Part shown: one piece after another, positions 46,977 through 58,822 of the stretch
Numbering within the stretch: the stretch's first letter is position 1
Layout: each line of letters starts with the position of its first letter
Assembly (NCBI GenBank): GCA_963821935.1
Contig: CAWGFM010000001.1
Coordinates: forward strand, 104-64,103
Source of the DNA: an uncultured Actinomycetes bacterium
GTDB lineage: Bacteria; Actinomycetota; UBA4738; HRBIN12
DNA length: 64,000 bases
Reading direction: 5' to 3'
Position numbers and translations under genes: made by a program
The notes under the pieces: model-generated
The model's database searches: none
What the model saw: the letters and a program-made list of their open reading frames with translations, nothing else
What the model was told of the DNA's origin: nothing

Positions 46977-49399
46977 GCAAGGAAAAGCGGCACGACATCG
47001 CGGCCGTGATGGACCGGCCATCGCGGCCTCGGCCTTCCGAACGCACGACCCGTGCGAAGGCGGCGACGTGGGACCGGATCAAACTCCTCCTCCTGCTCTC
47101 GATCCTGTGGCTGGCGGGCCTCGCCGTCATCTGGTCGACGACGGTGAAGCCGCTCGCCGGTCCCTTCTCTGACGCGATCAGACTGGCCGTCGCCGACTAC
47201 GCATGGATCTTGATCTTGATGGCGATCGAGTTCGTGCGCCAGATCCACTACTTCTTGGAGGAACGGTCCAAGGGGTACTACCGGTTCTGGCAGCACGGCG
47301 TCTTCGGCGGCATGAACCGTGGCCTGGGGTCCATGAACGAGTGGACGCGCTACCGGGTGGGCCGGGCGGTCAAGTTCCTGCTGATCCTGTTCGTCCTCAG
47401 CACGCTCATGGGCCGCATCTTCAACACCGATCCGGTGTGGCTGGGCATCGTGGAGGCGCCGTCGCGATTGGTGAGCGCGCTCCCCTTCGTCTTCCAGCTG
47501 GCCTTCGGGTTCTTCTTCGTGATGTTCCAGTTCATCGGCCTGTTCTGGTTCTTGTCTCGCGGCGGCATCGACACGATCATGCCCGACGAGATCGAGACCC
47601 GATTCGACGACGTGAAGGGCCAGGACGCGGCGCTCGGACAGCTGAAGGAGACCTTGGTCTTCCTGGAGGATCCCGAAGCGATCGAGTCCCGAGGTGGGTA
47701 CGTTCCCGGCGGCATCCTGCTGTGGGGGCCTCCCGGCACCGGCAAGACCCTCATGGCGCAAGCGGTGGCGGGCGAATCGGCCAAGCCCTTCGTGAACGTC
47801 GACGCCGGGGCCTTCATCAACATGTTCATGGGCGTCGGCATCCTCAAGGTGCGATCGCTCTACCGAAAGCTCCGGAAGCTGTCCATGCGCTACGGCGGCG
47901 CGATCGTGTTCATCGACGAGGCGGACTCCCTGGGCAGCCGCGGCTCCCAGATCGCGACCGGGTTCGAGCCCAGTGCCACACCGTGGACGACCTCGACCAC
48001 CTGCAACGGCTTGGCCTACGTGTCGCACGCGGGCCGCCACGCCACGTTCCACGGTGGCCTGGAACCCGCAGACGGCGTGCCTGGGGGCACCAAGGACTCC
48101 ATCATGATGGGCGGCATGGGGGGCGGCGGCGGGGGCACGCTGCAGGCCCTGCTGGCCGAGATGTCGGGCCTGACCAAGCCGAAGGGCCTCATCAACAAGA
48201 TCCGCAAGATGCTGGGCATGAAGCCGAAGCCTCCGCCCAAGTACCGGATCCTGCACATCTTCGCCACCAACATGCCGAGCACCCTGGATCCGGCCATGCT
48301 GCGGCCCGGGCGCGTCGACCGCCAGTACAAGGTCGGCTACCCCCAGAAGCAGGGGCGCAAGTCCACGTTCGACTACTACCTGGCCAAGGTCCAGCACGAC
48401 GTCACGCCCGAGCAGGTCGACAAGCTTGCCACGATCACGCCGTACTTCTCTGGTGCCTCGATCAAGGACATCGTGAACGAAGGACTGGTCATCGCCATCA
48501 GAGACCAGCGTGAGCTGGTCACCTTCACCGACGTCGTCGAGGCCAAACAGCTCAAGCAGCACGGTCTGCCCGATGAGCACGAGTACATCGAGCGGGAACG
48601 GCACTCCGTCGCGGTCCATGAGGCATGTCATGCCGTCGTCGCCTACCGGCTGCGCAAGCACGCCGTGATCGACATGGCCACGATCGAACGGCGTGGAGAC
48701 GTCGGGGGGTTCGTCTCGTCGATCCCGCCGGAGGACCAGTTCGTGCAGTGGCGTTCCGAGCGCGAGATCGACGTCATGACGGCGCTCGCCTCCCTCGCCG
48801 GTGAGCGCATGTTCTTCGACGGCGATCACACCATGGGGGTCGGCGGCGACATGCGGGCGGCCACGGCGATGACCACGCAGGCCCTTGCCTACTACGCCAT
48901 GGGCGACACGATCGCCGCGCGCTCCGTCACGCTCGCGCCCATGGGGTCGCAGCCGATCGAATCGGGCGGTGACCGAGCCCTCTTCGACTCCCGATTCGGC
49001 GAAAGCGTCGAGGCCAAGCTGGGAGCCTTGTACGAAGACACCTGTGAGCTGCTGGAGGACAACCGCGCCGAGGTGCTGGCGGTCGCGCATGCGCTGGAGA
49101 CCGCCAAGACGATCACCGGTGACGACGTGGCGGCCATCATCGAGGGCGAGCCCGGCCCCTCGATCGACGGCAGCCCCTACCACGAGCCGTTCTTCCGCCA
49201 GATGCTCATCAACTATCACGAAGCCGTGTTGCGGGCTCACCGTGAGCACGCCGGCGTCGAGAGTCGCATCCCCGTCCCGGTGCCGCCGCCGCCCGTCGAG
49301 GTCACGTCCGTGGCCGAGCCCGGTCTCGGCAACGGGCAGGTACGCCAGCCCAGGATCGGCATCGATCCACATTCCCCGCCTCGGCCGGAGGGTTCCTGA
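46973..49399 (+). CDS. FtsH-like membrane AAA+ metalloprotease (M41)
   Basis: N-terminal TM helices, GPPGTGKT, FMGVG, FIDEAD, LDPAMLRPGR, HEACH. Confidence 0.9.
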   Translation: MSKEKRHDIAAVMDRPSRPRPSERTTRAKAATWDRIKLLLLLSILWLAGLAVIWSTTVKPLAGPFSDAIRLAVADYAWILILMAIEFVRQIHYFLEERSKGYYRFWQHGVFGGMNRGLGSMNEWTRYRVGRAVKFLLILFVLSTLMGRIFNTDPVWLGIVEAPSRLVSALPFVFQLAFGFFFVMFQFIGLFWFLSRGGIDTIMPDEIETRFDDVKGQDAALGQLKETLVFLEDPEAIESRGGYVPGGILLWGPPGTGKTLMAQAVAGESAKPFVNVDAGAFINMFMGVGILKVRSLYRKLRKLSMRYGGAIVFIDEADSLGSRGSQIATGFEPSATPWTTSTTCNGLAYVSHAGRHATFHGGLEPADGVPGGTKDSIMMGGMGGGGGGTLQALLAEMSGLTKPKGLINKIRKMLGMKPKPPPKYRILHIFATNMPSTLDPAMLRPGRVDRQYKVGYPQKQGRKSTFDYYLAKVQHDVTPEQVDKLATITPYFSGASIKDIVNEGLVIAIRDQRELVTFTDVVEAKQLKQHGLPDEHEYIERERHSVAVHEACHAVVAYRLRKHAVIDMATIERRGDVGGFVSSIPPEDQFVQWRSEREIDVMTALASLAGERMFFDGDHTMGVGGDMRAATAMTTQALAYYAMGDTIAARSVTLAPMGSQPIESGGDRALFDSRFGESVEAKLGALYEDTCELLEDNRAEVLAVAHALETAKTITGDDVAAIIEGEPGPSIDGSPYHEPFFRQMLINYHEAVLRAHREHAGVESRIPVPVPPPPVEVTSVAEPGLGNGQVRQPRIGIDPHSPPRPEGS

Positions 49400-49450
49400 C
49401 CGTTCGCGACCGGACGGTTCGCCGGTTCGGCCCGGGTATCCTCATGGGCC

Positions 49451-50852
49451 ATGCGGCTCTATGACTCCCTGACCCGTCGGGTCCACGATGTCGCCCCGCT
49501 CGATGCGGGGCACGTCACCATGTACACCTGCGGTCCCACCGTGTACCGCTCCGCGCACCTCGGCAACCTCCGCACTTTCATGCTCGGTGATCTGATCCGC
49601 CGCGCGTTGGTGTTCGAAGGGCTCCGCGTCACGCAGATCATGAACATCACCGACGTCGGCCACATGACGGACGAGAGTTCCACCGACGCGGTCGACAAGA
49701 TGGCGCTCGCCGTCGAGGACGAAGGGCTGCAGCCGCTCGAGATCGCGCAGAAGTACGCCGACGCCGTCTTCGCCGACGCCGCTGCGGTGGGCATCGGGCC
49801 GGCCGACCGGTACCCGAAGGCCACCGAGCACATCCCGGAGATGATCGAGCTCACCCAGACGCTGATCGACCGTGGGCACGCCTACGTCACCGAGACGGGC
49901 AGCGTCTACTACGACGTCACCTCGTTCCCGGGGTACGGCTCGCTCAGCGGCAACACGCTGGACAAGCTTCGCGACGGCCACCGTGATCTGGAGACCGATG
50001 TCAACAAGCGGCACACCGCCGACTTCGCGCTCTGGAAGGCGGCGGGCCCGGGCCGGCTCATGAAGTGGGACTCACCGTGGGGTGAAGGGTTCCCGGGCTG
50101 GCACATCGAATGCTCCGCCATGTCCATGAAGTACCTGGGTGATCGTTTCGACATCCATACGGGCGGCAACGACCTTCGCTTCCCTCACCACGAAGACGAG
50201 ATCGCGCAGTCCGAAGGCGGCGTGGGCCACCAGGTGGTCTCCATCTGGGTCCACGGGGGACACCTGCGTCAGTCGGGGCAGAAGATCTCCAAGTCCACCG
50301 GCAACGTCGTGCATGTGTCCGACCTGGTCGACGCGGGCCTCGATCCGCTCGCGTTCCGATGGTTGACGTTCCAGTCCCAGTACCGGTCGGAGATGGATTT
50401 CACATGGGAGGCGATGGAGACCGCGGACCGGCGGGTCAAGCAGCTCCGCCGGCGTGTGGCCGGCTGGGGCGAACCCGCCGCCGACCTGGGCGAAGGGGCC
50501 GGCGAGTTCGATGCGCGCTTCCGTGAGGCTGTCGCCAGCGACCTGCACATGCCGGGCGCGGTCTCGGTGGTGAACGAGCTCGTCTCCTCCCCCGACGTGC
50601 CCGGTCCCGAGAAGAGCGCGTTGCTTCGAACCTGGGATCTCGTCTTGGGTCTGGATGTGGACCGCGAGGCCCTCGAGGCCTGGGAGCCCACGGACGTCAT
50701 GCTGGCGCGCATGGCCGAACGCGATGAAGCCCGGGACGCCAAGGACTTCGCCACCAGCGACCGGATCCGCGACGAGCTGACCGCCTTGGGCCTGGAGGTC
50801 ATGGACACACCCGACGGCACGAAGGTGCGCCCCCGGCGGATCGTCAGGCTAG
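49451..50852 (+). CDS. cysS: Cysteine--tRNA ligase (ORF runs to 51136 as assembled; probable true end ~50852)
   Basis: YTCGPTVY, HLGN, PGWHIECSAM, FPHHEDE, KISKS. Confidence 0.95.
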
Positions 50853-51964
50853 TTGACGAGCTGGAGGGCTCGCGTGGAACGGTTCAGTCGTTCGACGCCG
50901 TCGTCGGTGACGGCCACGATGTCCTCGATGCGTACGCCGAACGAGCCCTCAAGGTAGACCCCGGGTTCTACGGAGAACGTCGTGCCGGGCTCCACGAGCC
51001 ACCCGTTGCCCTCGATGATGTAGGGAGGCTCGTGCACCTCGAGCCCGATCCCGTGCCCCGTGCGGTGGATGAACCGGTCGCCGAAGCCTGCTTCGGCGAT
51101 GATGCTGCGCGCGGCCCGGTCGATGTCGTGGCATGACACGCCGGGCCGCACCGCCTCGCACGCCGCTTCCTGCGCCCGGCGCACCGTCTCGTACACGCGC
51201 TCGAACCCGTGGGGCGGCTCGCCGACCGCCACGGTCCTGGTGGTGTCGCTGAAGTAGCCACCGAGCTCACCGCCGAAGTCCAGGACGACGGCGTCCCGAG
51301 GCAGGATCGTGCGGCCGGTGGGCTCGTGGTGGGGCGACGCCGCGTTCGGCCCGCTCCCCACGATCGTGAACTCCGCGCGGCCGTGGCCGTTCTGCACCAG
51401 CAGGTCCGCCAGATCGGCAGCCACTTCCTCTTCGCGCCGGCCTTCGAACCGCATCGTGCAGATCTGCCGGAAGGTCTCGTCGGCCCCCCTCGCTGCCCGC
51501 CGCAGGGCGGCCAGCTCGTCCGGGCCCTTGACGGCGCGGAGCCTGCCGATCAACGGGGAGGCCGGCTCGAACCGAGCATCGGGAAGCACGCGTTGCAGCT
51601 CGAGCACGTGACTGGCCCAGGTCCGGTCGGCGACCGCGACGCGTCCGGCGCCCGAGAGCGCAGCGGCCGAGATCGCGTACGGGTCGTCGCTGTCCCGCCA
51701 CCCGGCGATCGTCAGGGCGGACGCTGCGGGCCCATCCTCGGCGAGGGCTCGTTCCAGCTCGGGGACCACCAGGATCGGTTCGTCGTGTGGCTGCAGGATC
51801 AGCAGCGTGGGTCGCGGCAACGGCATGGGGTCGTAGCCGATGAGATAGACCATGTCGGGCGAGGGAGCGACCACCACCGCGCTGACATCGCCATCGACGG
51901 CGAGCTGCGACAGATGGGTCAAGCGTTCCCGGTATGCATCCAGGTGCAGGCGAGCCACGGTCAT
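50849..51964 (-). CDS. Xaa-Pro peptidase (M24)
   Basis: LDFGG...SDTTRT, HRTGHGIGLEVHE, VEPG, GVRIED. Confidence 0.93.
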   Translation of the reverse strand: MTVARLHLDAYRERLTHLSQLAVDGDVSAVVVAPSPDMVYLIGYDPMPLPRPTLLILQPHDEPILVVPELERALAEDGPAASALTIAGWRDSDDPYAISAAALSGAGRVAVADRTWASHVLELQRVLPDARFEPASPLIGRLRAVKGPDELAALRRAARGADETFRQICTMRFEGRREEEVAADLADLLVQNGHGRAEFTIVGSGPNAASPHHEPTGRTILPRDAVVLDFGGELGGYFSDTTRTVAVGEPPHGFERVYETVRRAQEAACEAVRPGVSCHDIDRAARSIIAEAGFGDRFIHRTGHGIGLEVHEPPYIIEGNGWLVEPGTTFSVEPGVYLEGSFGVRIEDIVAVTDDGVERLNRSTRALQLVN

Positions 51965-51974
51965 GATGCTCCTC

Positions 51975-52919
51975 TCACATCTTGAACAGGATCTGTTGCG
52001 GCACCACCTGGAACGTGGCCGGTGTCAGACCCATCGCGGTCCCGTCGGCCACCACGGCCAGCGGACGGTCGCCCTCGATCGCGAAACGGATCTTGGCTCG
52101 GAGCTCGGTGATGTTGGGATCGGGCACGTGATCGCCATGGCGCAGGATCCGGGGCATCATCGTGTACGCATCCGATTTCTGGCCGGTGAAGACCAGGGCA
52201 TCGAGGACGCCGTCGCCGGGCCACGACCGCGGGGACATGCGCAGGCCACCAGCCGTGAACTGGGCGTTGCCCACGATCACCTGGAAGGCCGTGCCCTGCC
52301 AGGTCTTCGTGTCGTAGGAGACCCGCAGAGCCCGGCGCCGCGCCCGGACGTAGCCGCCCCAGAACCCCAGGAAGGACCGCACCCGCTCCCCCGACCAGGC
52401 CGGCACTCGGGCGCGGCCGATCGTCACCAGCGCACCCAGTCCGATCTGCGCCGCGTTGGCTGCGTAGGCCGTGATCTCAGCCCCCTCCGCCGTGCGGCAC
52501 GTGATCTTCATGACGTCCATCGGGTAGGTCGTCTCGCCCAGGAGTCGTTGCACACCGCCTTCGGTGTCCCGGGGCAGGCCGAAGCTGCGCACCAGGTCGT
52601 TCCCGCCGGTGGCCGCCACGACCCCAAGGACCGGCTCGGGCACGATGGGGGCGCCGTCGCGGAACATGCCGTTCACGACGTCCCGCACCGTGCCGTCATC
52701 GCCCACCGCCACGACGAACCGGACGCCACGGTCCAACGCCGATGCAGCGGCGCGCCGGGCCTCGTCTGGCCGGTTCGTCACCGTAAGTCCATAGTCCAGA
52801 TTGCGATCCGCGAGCGCGCGTTCCAGGGCAGGAAGCTCGGCTCCCACCCTGCCGTGCCCGTCGGACGGGTTCGCGATCACGGCGAGGCTTCCGAACGGAC
52901 TGGCCACGATGCCGGCCAT
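51975..52919 (-). CDS. Diacylglycerol kinase family protein
   Basis: IANP, GDDGT, TGGNDL, DGVLD, ADG. Confidence 0.85.
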   Translation of the reverse strand: MAGIVASPFGSLAVIANPSDGHGRVGAELPALERALADRNLDYGLTVTNRPDEARRAAASALDRGVRFVVAVGDDGTVRDVVNGMFRDGAPIVPEPVLGVVAATGGNDLVRSFGLPRDTEGGVQRLLGETTYPMDVMKITCRTAEGAEITAYAANAAQIGLGALVTIGRARVPAWSGERVRSFLGFWGGYVRARRRALRVSYDTKTWQGTAFQVIVGNAQFTAGGLRMSPRSWPGDGVLDALVFTGQKSDAYTMMPRILRHGDHVPDPNITELRAKIRFAIEGDRPLAVVADGTAMGLTPATFQVVPQQILFKM

Positions 52920-52923
52920 CCGC

Positions 52924-55579
52924 CTAGAGGCCGGTATAGGCGACGACGCCGCGCAGCACCGCGTCGCGAGCGTCGGCGAACCGGCGCGCCGCGGCCGGCT
53001 CGGCGACATCTTCAACCTGGCGCAACAGGTCCAGGAGCTGCTTGCAGTTGCGCACGAAGTCGCCGGGGGCCATCTCGGTCTCGTGCAGCACGTCCTCGAG
53101 CGGCTTGCCTTCTGCCCAGTGGAAGATCGGCGCTGCGAACCCCTGCTCCAGGTCACGGCACAGCTGCACGTGGTGTTCGTCCTCGGTCCGACGAACGCTG
53201 CGCCAGAGTCGCTGGAGCCACGCGAACCGCTCTCGGGTCAGCTCGGTGGGCATCTCGCCCGACAACGGGACACGTTCGCGCCCCTCGTAGACGACCGAGG
53301 AGAGCAGGGCAGCGACCTCCGATGCAGACAGGTCGTCGAACAACCCCTTCGCCAGCGCCTCGGCCACGACGATATCGGCCTCCCCGTAGATCCGGGAGAG
53401 CGTGCGGCCTTTCGGAGTCACCACCCAGTCCTGGACGTATCCAAGATCCTCGAGCACGGCCAGGACACGGTCGAACTGGCGCGCGAGCGTCTCGGTGCGC
53501 ACGCGGATCCGGCGTTCCACGCCCTTCAGCGCCCGTTCCTTCTCGTCGACTCGAATCGCCCACCGTTCGTGCTTGGCACGTTCGGGGCACGCCGCGCACG
53601 GGTGCTCGGCCGCTTCGGCCTCGAGCTTGACGGCACGCTTCTCCACGGCGGGATCCGCCCGGGGCTTCGGTGCCTTCGGGTGCTTGATCTGCAGGGACAC
53701 CAGCTTGGATGCGATGTCACGCCGGTATCGGTTGGATCGAGGACTGCCCGAACGAGGCAGCGGGATGTGCGTGAGGACCGCCGGGGGGTCGACGAAGTCT
53801 CGCACCGTAAGCCGGAAGACGCGACGATCGGCAGCGACGACGGTGGGTTTGCCGTCGCGTTTCGACACCACCACCGCGACGCCACCTCGCCGGCTCCCGG
53901 GGACCTGCATCACGTCGCCGGGGCGAAGACCGGCGACGGCTGAGCGCACCGCCTCAGTCCTGGCCTTGTCTCGCCCCATGCGATCGTCCTCGCGCAGGCG
54001 CGCGGCCTTGCGGAGCAGCCCCCAGTACTCGTCGAAGTCGCCCAGGTGGCACGCCATGTTGGTTCGGTAGCCCTCGATCGCCTCGCGGTCACCCTGACGC
54101 ATCCGCTCCAGCGCCACGACGCCACGGTCGGCCAGGAACTGCGCGAACGAGGAGTTCAGCAGATGGTGAGCCTGTTCGGGCGTGTAGTTCCGCACCAGGT
54201 TGACGGCCATGTTGTAGGAAGGCCGGAAGGACGAGGTCAGGTCGTAGGTCCGTGTTGATGCCAGGGTGGCCACCCGCTCGAAGGGCACCTGTTGCTGATA
54301 CACCACCACCGCATGGCCGAGCTGGTCGATGCCGCGACGGCCCGCCCGCCCAGTCAGCTGCGTGTACTCCCCAGGCGTGAGCAGCTCGTGCCGTTCGCCC
54401 TGGAACTTCCACAGGTCCTCGATCACCACCGTCCGAGCCGGCATGTTGATGCCCAGGGACAGCGTCTCGGTGGCGAACACCACCTTGACCAGACCGGCTT
54501 CGAACAGCTCTTCGACGGTCTCCTTGAAGACCGGCAGCATGCCCGCGTGGTGCGCGGCGATCCCAGCGGTGAGCCCGTCCAGGAAATCGTAGAACCCCAG
54601 CGTGACCAGGTCCTCCTCGTCGATCCAGGCAGCGCGGGTCTCGGCCCGGTCGCGGATGTGTTCGGCCTCGGCGCGTGTCGTGAGCGACAGGCCGGCCTCA
54701 CGCATCCAACGCACGCTGCGATCGCATCCTGCCCGGGAGAACACGAAGTAGATCGCCGGCAGCATGTCCTGCGTCGTCCAGGACCTCCACGACCTCTTCC
54801 CTGCGCGGCTTGTACACGCGGCGATGCCCTTCACGCGGCCGCGACCGATAGTCGTGCTGCGCGGTGCCGCTCCCCCGCCGGTAGTAGGTCTTGGTGCGCA
54901 GCTCGCGTTGATCGAGCGAGACCACGAAGGGGTTGGGCAGGGCGAGCCCGTCCTGCTCGACGTGCATCGGGTGCATGCCGCGCCCCACCAGGTAGTGATG
55001 CTCCAGCGGCACGGGCCGGCGCTCCTCGATGATCACGCGCGTCTCCCCCCGCAGCGTGCCGATCCATTCACCGAACTCCTCGGCATTGGAGATCGTGGCG
55101 GACAAGCACACGACGCTCACGCTCTGCGGCAGATGGATCAACACCTCCTCCCAGACGGCACCCCGGTACGGGTCCTGGAGGTAGTGCACCTCGTCCATGA
55201 CCACGCTGACGAGCTCGTCCAGGCTGCCGCTGCGCTCGTAGAGCATGTTCCGCAGCACCTCGGTGGTCATGACCACCACCGGTGCGTCGCCGTTGATCGT
55301 GTTGTCGCCGGTCAGCAAGCCCACTCGGTCGGCACCGTGCTTGGCCACCAGGTCGCCGAACTTCTGGTTCGAGAGCGCCTTCAAGGGCGTCGTGTAGAAG
55401 CACTTGCCACCCATCGCCAGCGCGCGTTCGATGGCGTACTCGGCCACCACGGTCTTCCCGCTGCCGGTCGGCGCCGCCACCAACACGGACAGCCCGGCAT
55501 CGACCGCATCGGCGGCCTGGCTCTGGAACGTGTCCAGCGCGAACGGGAACTGGGCGGCGAACGCCTGGGGGGTGATCAC
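52924..55579 (-). CDS. helY: HelY-like DEVH-box RNA helicase, split by one frameshift near 54770
   Basis: APTGSGKT, DEVH, SAT in 54698-55579; HHAGMLP, TETL, GRAGRRG, GDFVR in 52924-54834. Confidence 0.9.
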
Positions 55580-55601
55580 CCGGCCAGTCTACGGGTGGCG
55601 C

Positions 55602-56348
55602 TCAGACGAGCCGGAACCGTGTCAGGAAGCCCGTGAGCGCTTCGTCGAACGCCTCGGGTGCCTCCAGGTTCGAGAGGTGTCCGGCGCCACCGATCGTGAC
55701 GAGCTGCACGTCCGGGATGTGAGGGGCCATCGCCGAGGAGACGTCCGGCGGGATGAGGGTGTCGGCGTCCGAGGTGATCACCAGCACCGGCACGTCGATC
55801 GCACTGAGGTCGGGTGTGGAGTCCTTCCGCCCGGCCATGCCCCTGGCGGCGGCCGCGATGGAGGGACCGGGTTGGTCGGCGATCGTTGCCTTGACGCGTT
55901 CCACCAGCGCCGAGGTGGCACCGTCGGACAGCAGCGGCGGTGGTGAGGCCGCCAGGAAGCTGTTGCCCTCGGCGTCCAGGCGGTCGGCCAGTGCGCGCCG
56001 CCCCTCGGCTGCCTCGCGCGTGTCGGCGCCCGAGCGGGTGTTCGCGAGCACCAGCCCCGCGATCCGCTGCCGTGCCATGCGCCACAGCTCGAACGCGACG
56101 TAGCCACCCATGGAGAGACCGCACACGACCACGCGCTCCAGGCCGTGCTCGTCGAGAGCCTGCACGCATCGGTCGGCGGCCGAGCCCATGGACATGGTGG
56201 GTCCCACGTCATCGATCCCCCCGAACCCCGGCATCGACGGCGCCACGGCGGGCCATCGATCGCCCAGGGCAGCACGTTGGCCGTCCCACATCCGAGCGTC
56301 CAAGGGGAAGGCATGGATGAACAAGATCCCATCAGCTGGCTCGTTCAC
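55602..56348 (-). CDS. Alpha/beta hydrolase
   Basis: HAFPLD, GLSMGG, AGHLSNLE. Confidence 0.9.
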   Translation of the reverse strand: MNEPADGILFIHAFPLDARMWDGQRAALGDRWPAVAPSMPGFGGIDDVGPTMSMGSAADRCVQALDEHGLERVVVCGLSMGGYVAFELWRMARQRIAGLVLANTRSGADTREAAEGRRALADRLDAEGNSFLAASPPPLLSDGATSALVERVKATIADQPGPSIAAAARGMAGRKDSTPDLSAIDVPVLVITSDADTLIPPDVSSAMAPHIPDVQLVTIGGAGHLSNLEAPEAFDEALTGFLTRFRLV

Positions 56349-57259
56349 GTGATCCCTTTCGCATCGGGCCCTACGACCACGGACAGGACGGAGGGCAGCA
56401 CCTCGAAGGACGCCGGCAACGGACCCACCCGTTCCCCGTCAGCGTAGACCTGGATCGCACGGTTCGCCTCGATCCGAACCGAACGTGCGGTCGTCATCTG
56501 AACCTTGGGATGAGTGGCATGCGAGCCCGTGTACACCTTGGGGAACGCGCGCAGGAAGGCGCCGGTCGACAGCGCTTCGACGATGCAGACATCGAGCAGG
56601 CCGTCGTTGACCGACGCGTTCGGCAGCACCTTCATGCCGCCGCCGAAGGAGATCCCGCTGCCGACCACCACGAGCATCGCGTCGAGCGAGATCGTCTCGC
56701 CGTCGAGCGTGACGCGATAGGAAGCCGGACTGAACCTGCGCAATGTCGTGATCAGCGCCGCCACGTAGGTGCCGGTGCCGCCGAGGTTCAGCGACATGCC
56801 GTTCGCCGTCTCGTTGACCTCGGAATCGAAACCGGCACCCGCGACGTTCACGAAATACCGCGTCGACTCACCGGTCTCCAGCCGCACGGCGTCGATGGCG
56901 GCGAACTTGGGGTTGGCCAACAGTCGAACCGCTGAATCGAATCGGCCCACGCCGATCGCCTTGGCCAGATCGTCCCCCGTTCCCGCCGGGAGCACCGCCA
57001 GCGCCGTTTCGGTTCGCAGCAGGCCGTTCGCGGCGCACGAGACCGTGCCGTCCCCGCCGATGACCGCCACGATGCCGGCACCCGCCTCGGCTTCACGCCG
57101 GCACGTGGCTTCCATATCGGCCGGGGAGTCCGTCACGAGCATGCGGTGATCGATGCGCAGACCCCGAAGGATCGCGTCGGCCTTGCCGATGAGTCTGCCC
57201 GCCTTCCCACGTCCTGCGGTGGGGTTGGCGACCACGACGGTGGGGCCAGGAGACGCCAT
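56345..57259 (-). CDS. Diacylglycerol kinase family protein
   Basis: NPTAG, GGDGT, PAGTGDD, GAGFD, DGE. Confidence 0.9.
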   Translation of the reverse strand: MASPGPTVVVANPTAGRGKAGRLIGKADAILRGLRIDHRMLVTDSPADMEATCRREAEAGAGIVAVIGGDGTVSCAANGLLRTETALAVLPAGTGDDLAKAIGVGRFDSAVRLLANPKFAAIDAVRLETGESTRYFVNVAGAGFDSEVNETANGMSLNLGGTGTYVAALITTLRRFSPASYRVTLDGETISLDAMLVVVGSGISFGGGMKVLPNASVNDGLLDVCIVEALSTGAFLRAFPKVYTGSHATHPKVQMTTARSVRIEANRAIQVYADGERVGPLPASFEVLPSVLSVVVGPDAKGIT

Positions 57260-57283
57260 ATCGAGCCTCGTGGACCTGGGCCG

Positions 57284-58029
57284 TCAGCCCGTTGGTTCCA
57301 GGCCCGGGATCGACCCCGTGCTGCCGGGGGTCGGCACGATCCCGCCTGCCGCGACGGCGGCTTGATAGTCGCTCCAGCCTTGCGAGAGCTGGGCCTGCGC
57401 GCCGTCGCACAGGTCTTGCACGAGGCTCAGCAGATCGTCGGACCGAGCGCCCGATGCCTCGGCCGCCCGGGTGCCACCCTCGGCGCAGCGCTGGAACCCC
57501 AGCAGCGCCACGCTGAGCTGTTGTGCCGAGCTGGTGAACAGGGTCGCCTCGGGAGACGTTGAACCCTTGGTCGGCGATCTGACCACTGACGTCGAATGTC
57601 ACGATCGCGTCGGTCGCGTCTTTGGCGCCGGTTGCCGCGTCCTGGAAGACGGTCGCCGCGTCCTTTGGCGTCGCGCCGTCCTTCATCTGTTGGAGGGTAT
57701 CCAGCATCTCGGGGAACACGGCCGGCACGATGCCTTCGTTGATCACGCCGATCGTGCCGAAGGCATCTTCCACCGCGGTCTTGATAGGCCATCGCCGCCT
57801 GCCGCTTCGTGGCTGCTTCGGCGGCAGCCTCGGCCTCGGCGTCGTTGCTGCGCAGGCCGTTGGTGAGCCACACGAAGAACGTCATCGCGAAGACGCCGAC
57901 GACGAACACCGCCACGGCCTGCACCCAGCGGCGGGAGAGGAACGGTGTGGGCACGGCGACCGGCTCACGCCGTGGCGCGCGCGCCACTTGCTTCGGCTTG
58001 GATCGGGGTTTCTTGCTCTTGATCGCCAC
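57284..58029 (-). CDS. Membrane-anchored hypothetical protein, apparently split by two frameshifts (~57780, ~57555)
   Basis: Basic N-terminus + TM, then plausible helical segments continue in two other frames. Confidence 0.6.
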
Positions 58030-58040
58030 GTTCGTCTCTC

Positions 58041-58817
58041 CTACTTGTGCACGGCTCGCCCGATGAGGATAGATGCCTCGTAGAACAGATACATCGGGAT
58101 CATCATCGCGAGCATCGTGTAGGGGTCACCCGAGGGCGTGATCACCGCCGCGAACACAGCGATCCCCAGGAAGGCCCAGCGGCGCCACGAGCGCAGCCTG
58201 CTCGACGACAACACCCCGACGCCCTCCAGACCGACCAGCACGACCGGGAACAGGAACGATGCTCCGAACGCCAACGTCACCAGCACGACGAACCCCATGT
58301 AGCGATCGAACGTGATCAGGGGCACCACCCCCTCCCCCGGGAAGCTCAACAGGAAATCGAGCGCCTTCGGCAGGGTGAGGTAGGCGAAGAGGGCCCCCAA
58401 CGCGAACAGGATGCATGACGCCACCACGAACGGGATGGACCACTTCTTCTCTTTGGCGGTGAGCCCGGGCACGATGAACGCCCACAGCTGGTACATGACG
58501 ACCGGCAGCGCGATCGCGAGCGCCAAGAACCCCACCATCTTCAGCCTCACCAGGAACCCGTCGACCGGCCCGCTGAACACCAGCTGGCACCCCGCCGGTG
58601 GACGAACCTCCGGGTGCGACGTGACGTAGTCGCAGAACGGTCCCCGCAGCAGCTCCTTGACCGGTTCGTACAGGAACCATGCGGCGATGCCGCAGACGCC
58701 GACGGCGACGATGCACACGATGATGCGATGGCGGAGCTCCTCCAGGTGCTCCATGACCGTCATGCTGCCGGTGCGCTGCGCTTCGGAGCGCCGAAGGAAC
58801 CGCGGGATCGCGCGCAA
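58041..58817 (-). CDS. tatC: Twin-arginine translocase TatC
   Basis: EHLEELR.R, YQLWAFIVPGL, ITPSGDP. Confidence 0.95.
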   Translation of the reverse strand: MRAIPRFLRRSEAQRTGSMTVMEHLEELRHRIIVCIVAVGVCGIAAWFLYEPVKELLRGPFCDYVTSHPEVRPPAGCQLVFSGPVDGFLVRLKMVGFLALAIALPVVMYQLWAFIVPGLTAKEKKWSIPFVVASCILFALGALFAYLTLPKALDFLLSFPGEGVVPLITFDRYMGFVVLVTLAFGASFLFPVVLVGLEGVGVLSSSRLRSWRRWAFLGIAVFAAVITPSGDPYTMLAMMIPMYLFYEASILIGRAVHK

Positions 58818-58822
58818 TCGTG

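Noticed and set aside
46916-49372. Long antisense ORFs (this 818-aa one, 20026-22125, 43498-45429 and others)
   Set aside because: Shadow ORFs expected opposite high-GC genes; no motifs recognised.
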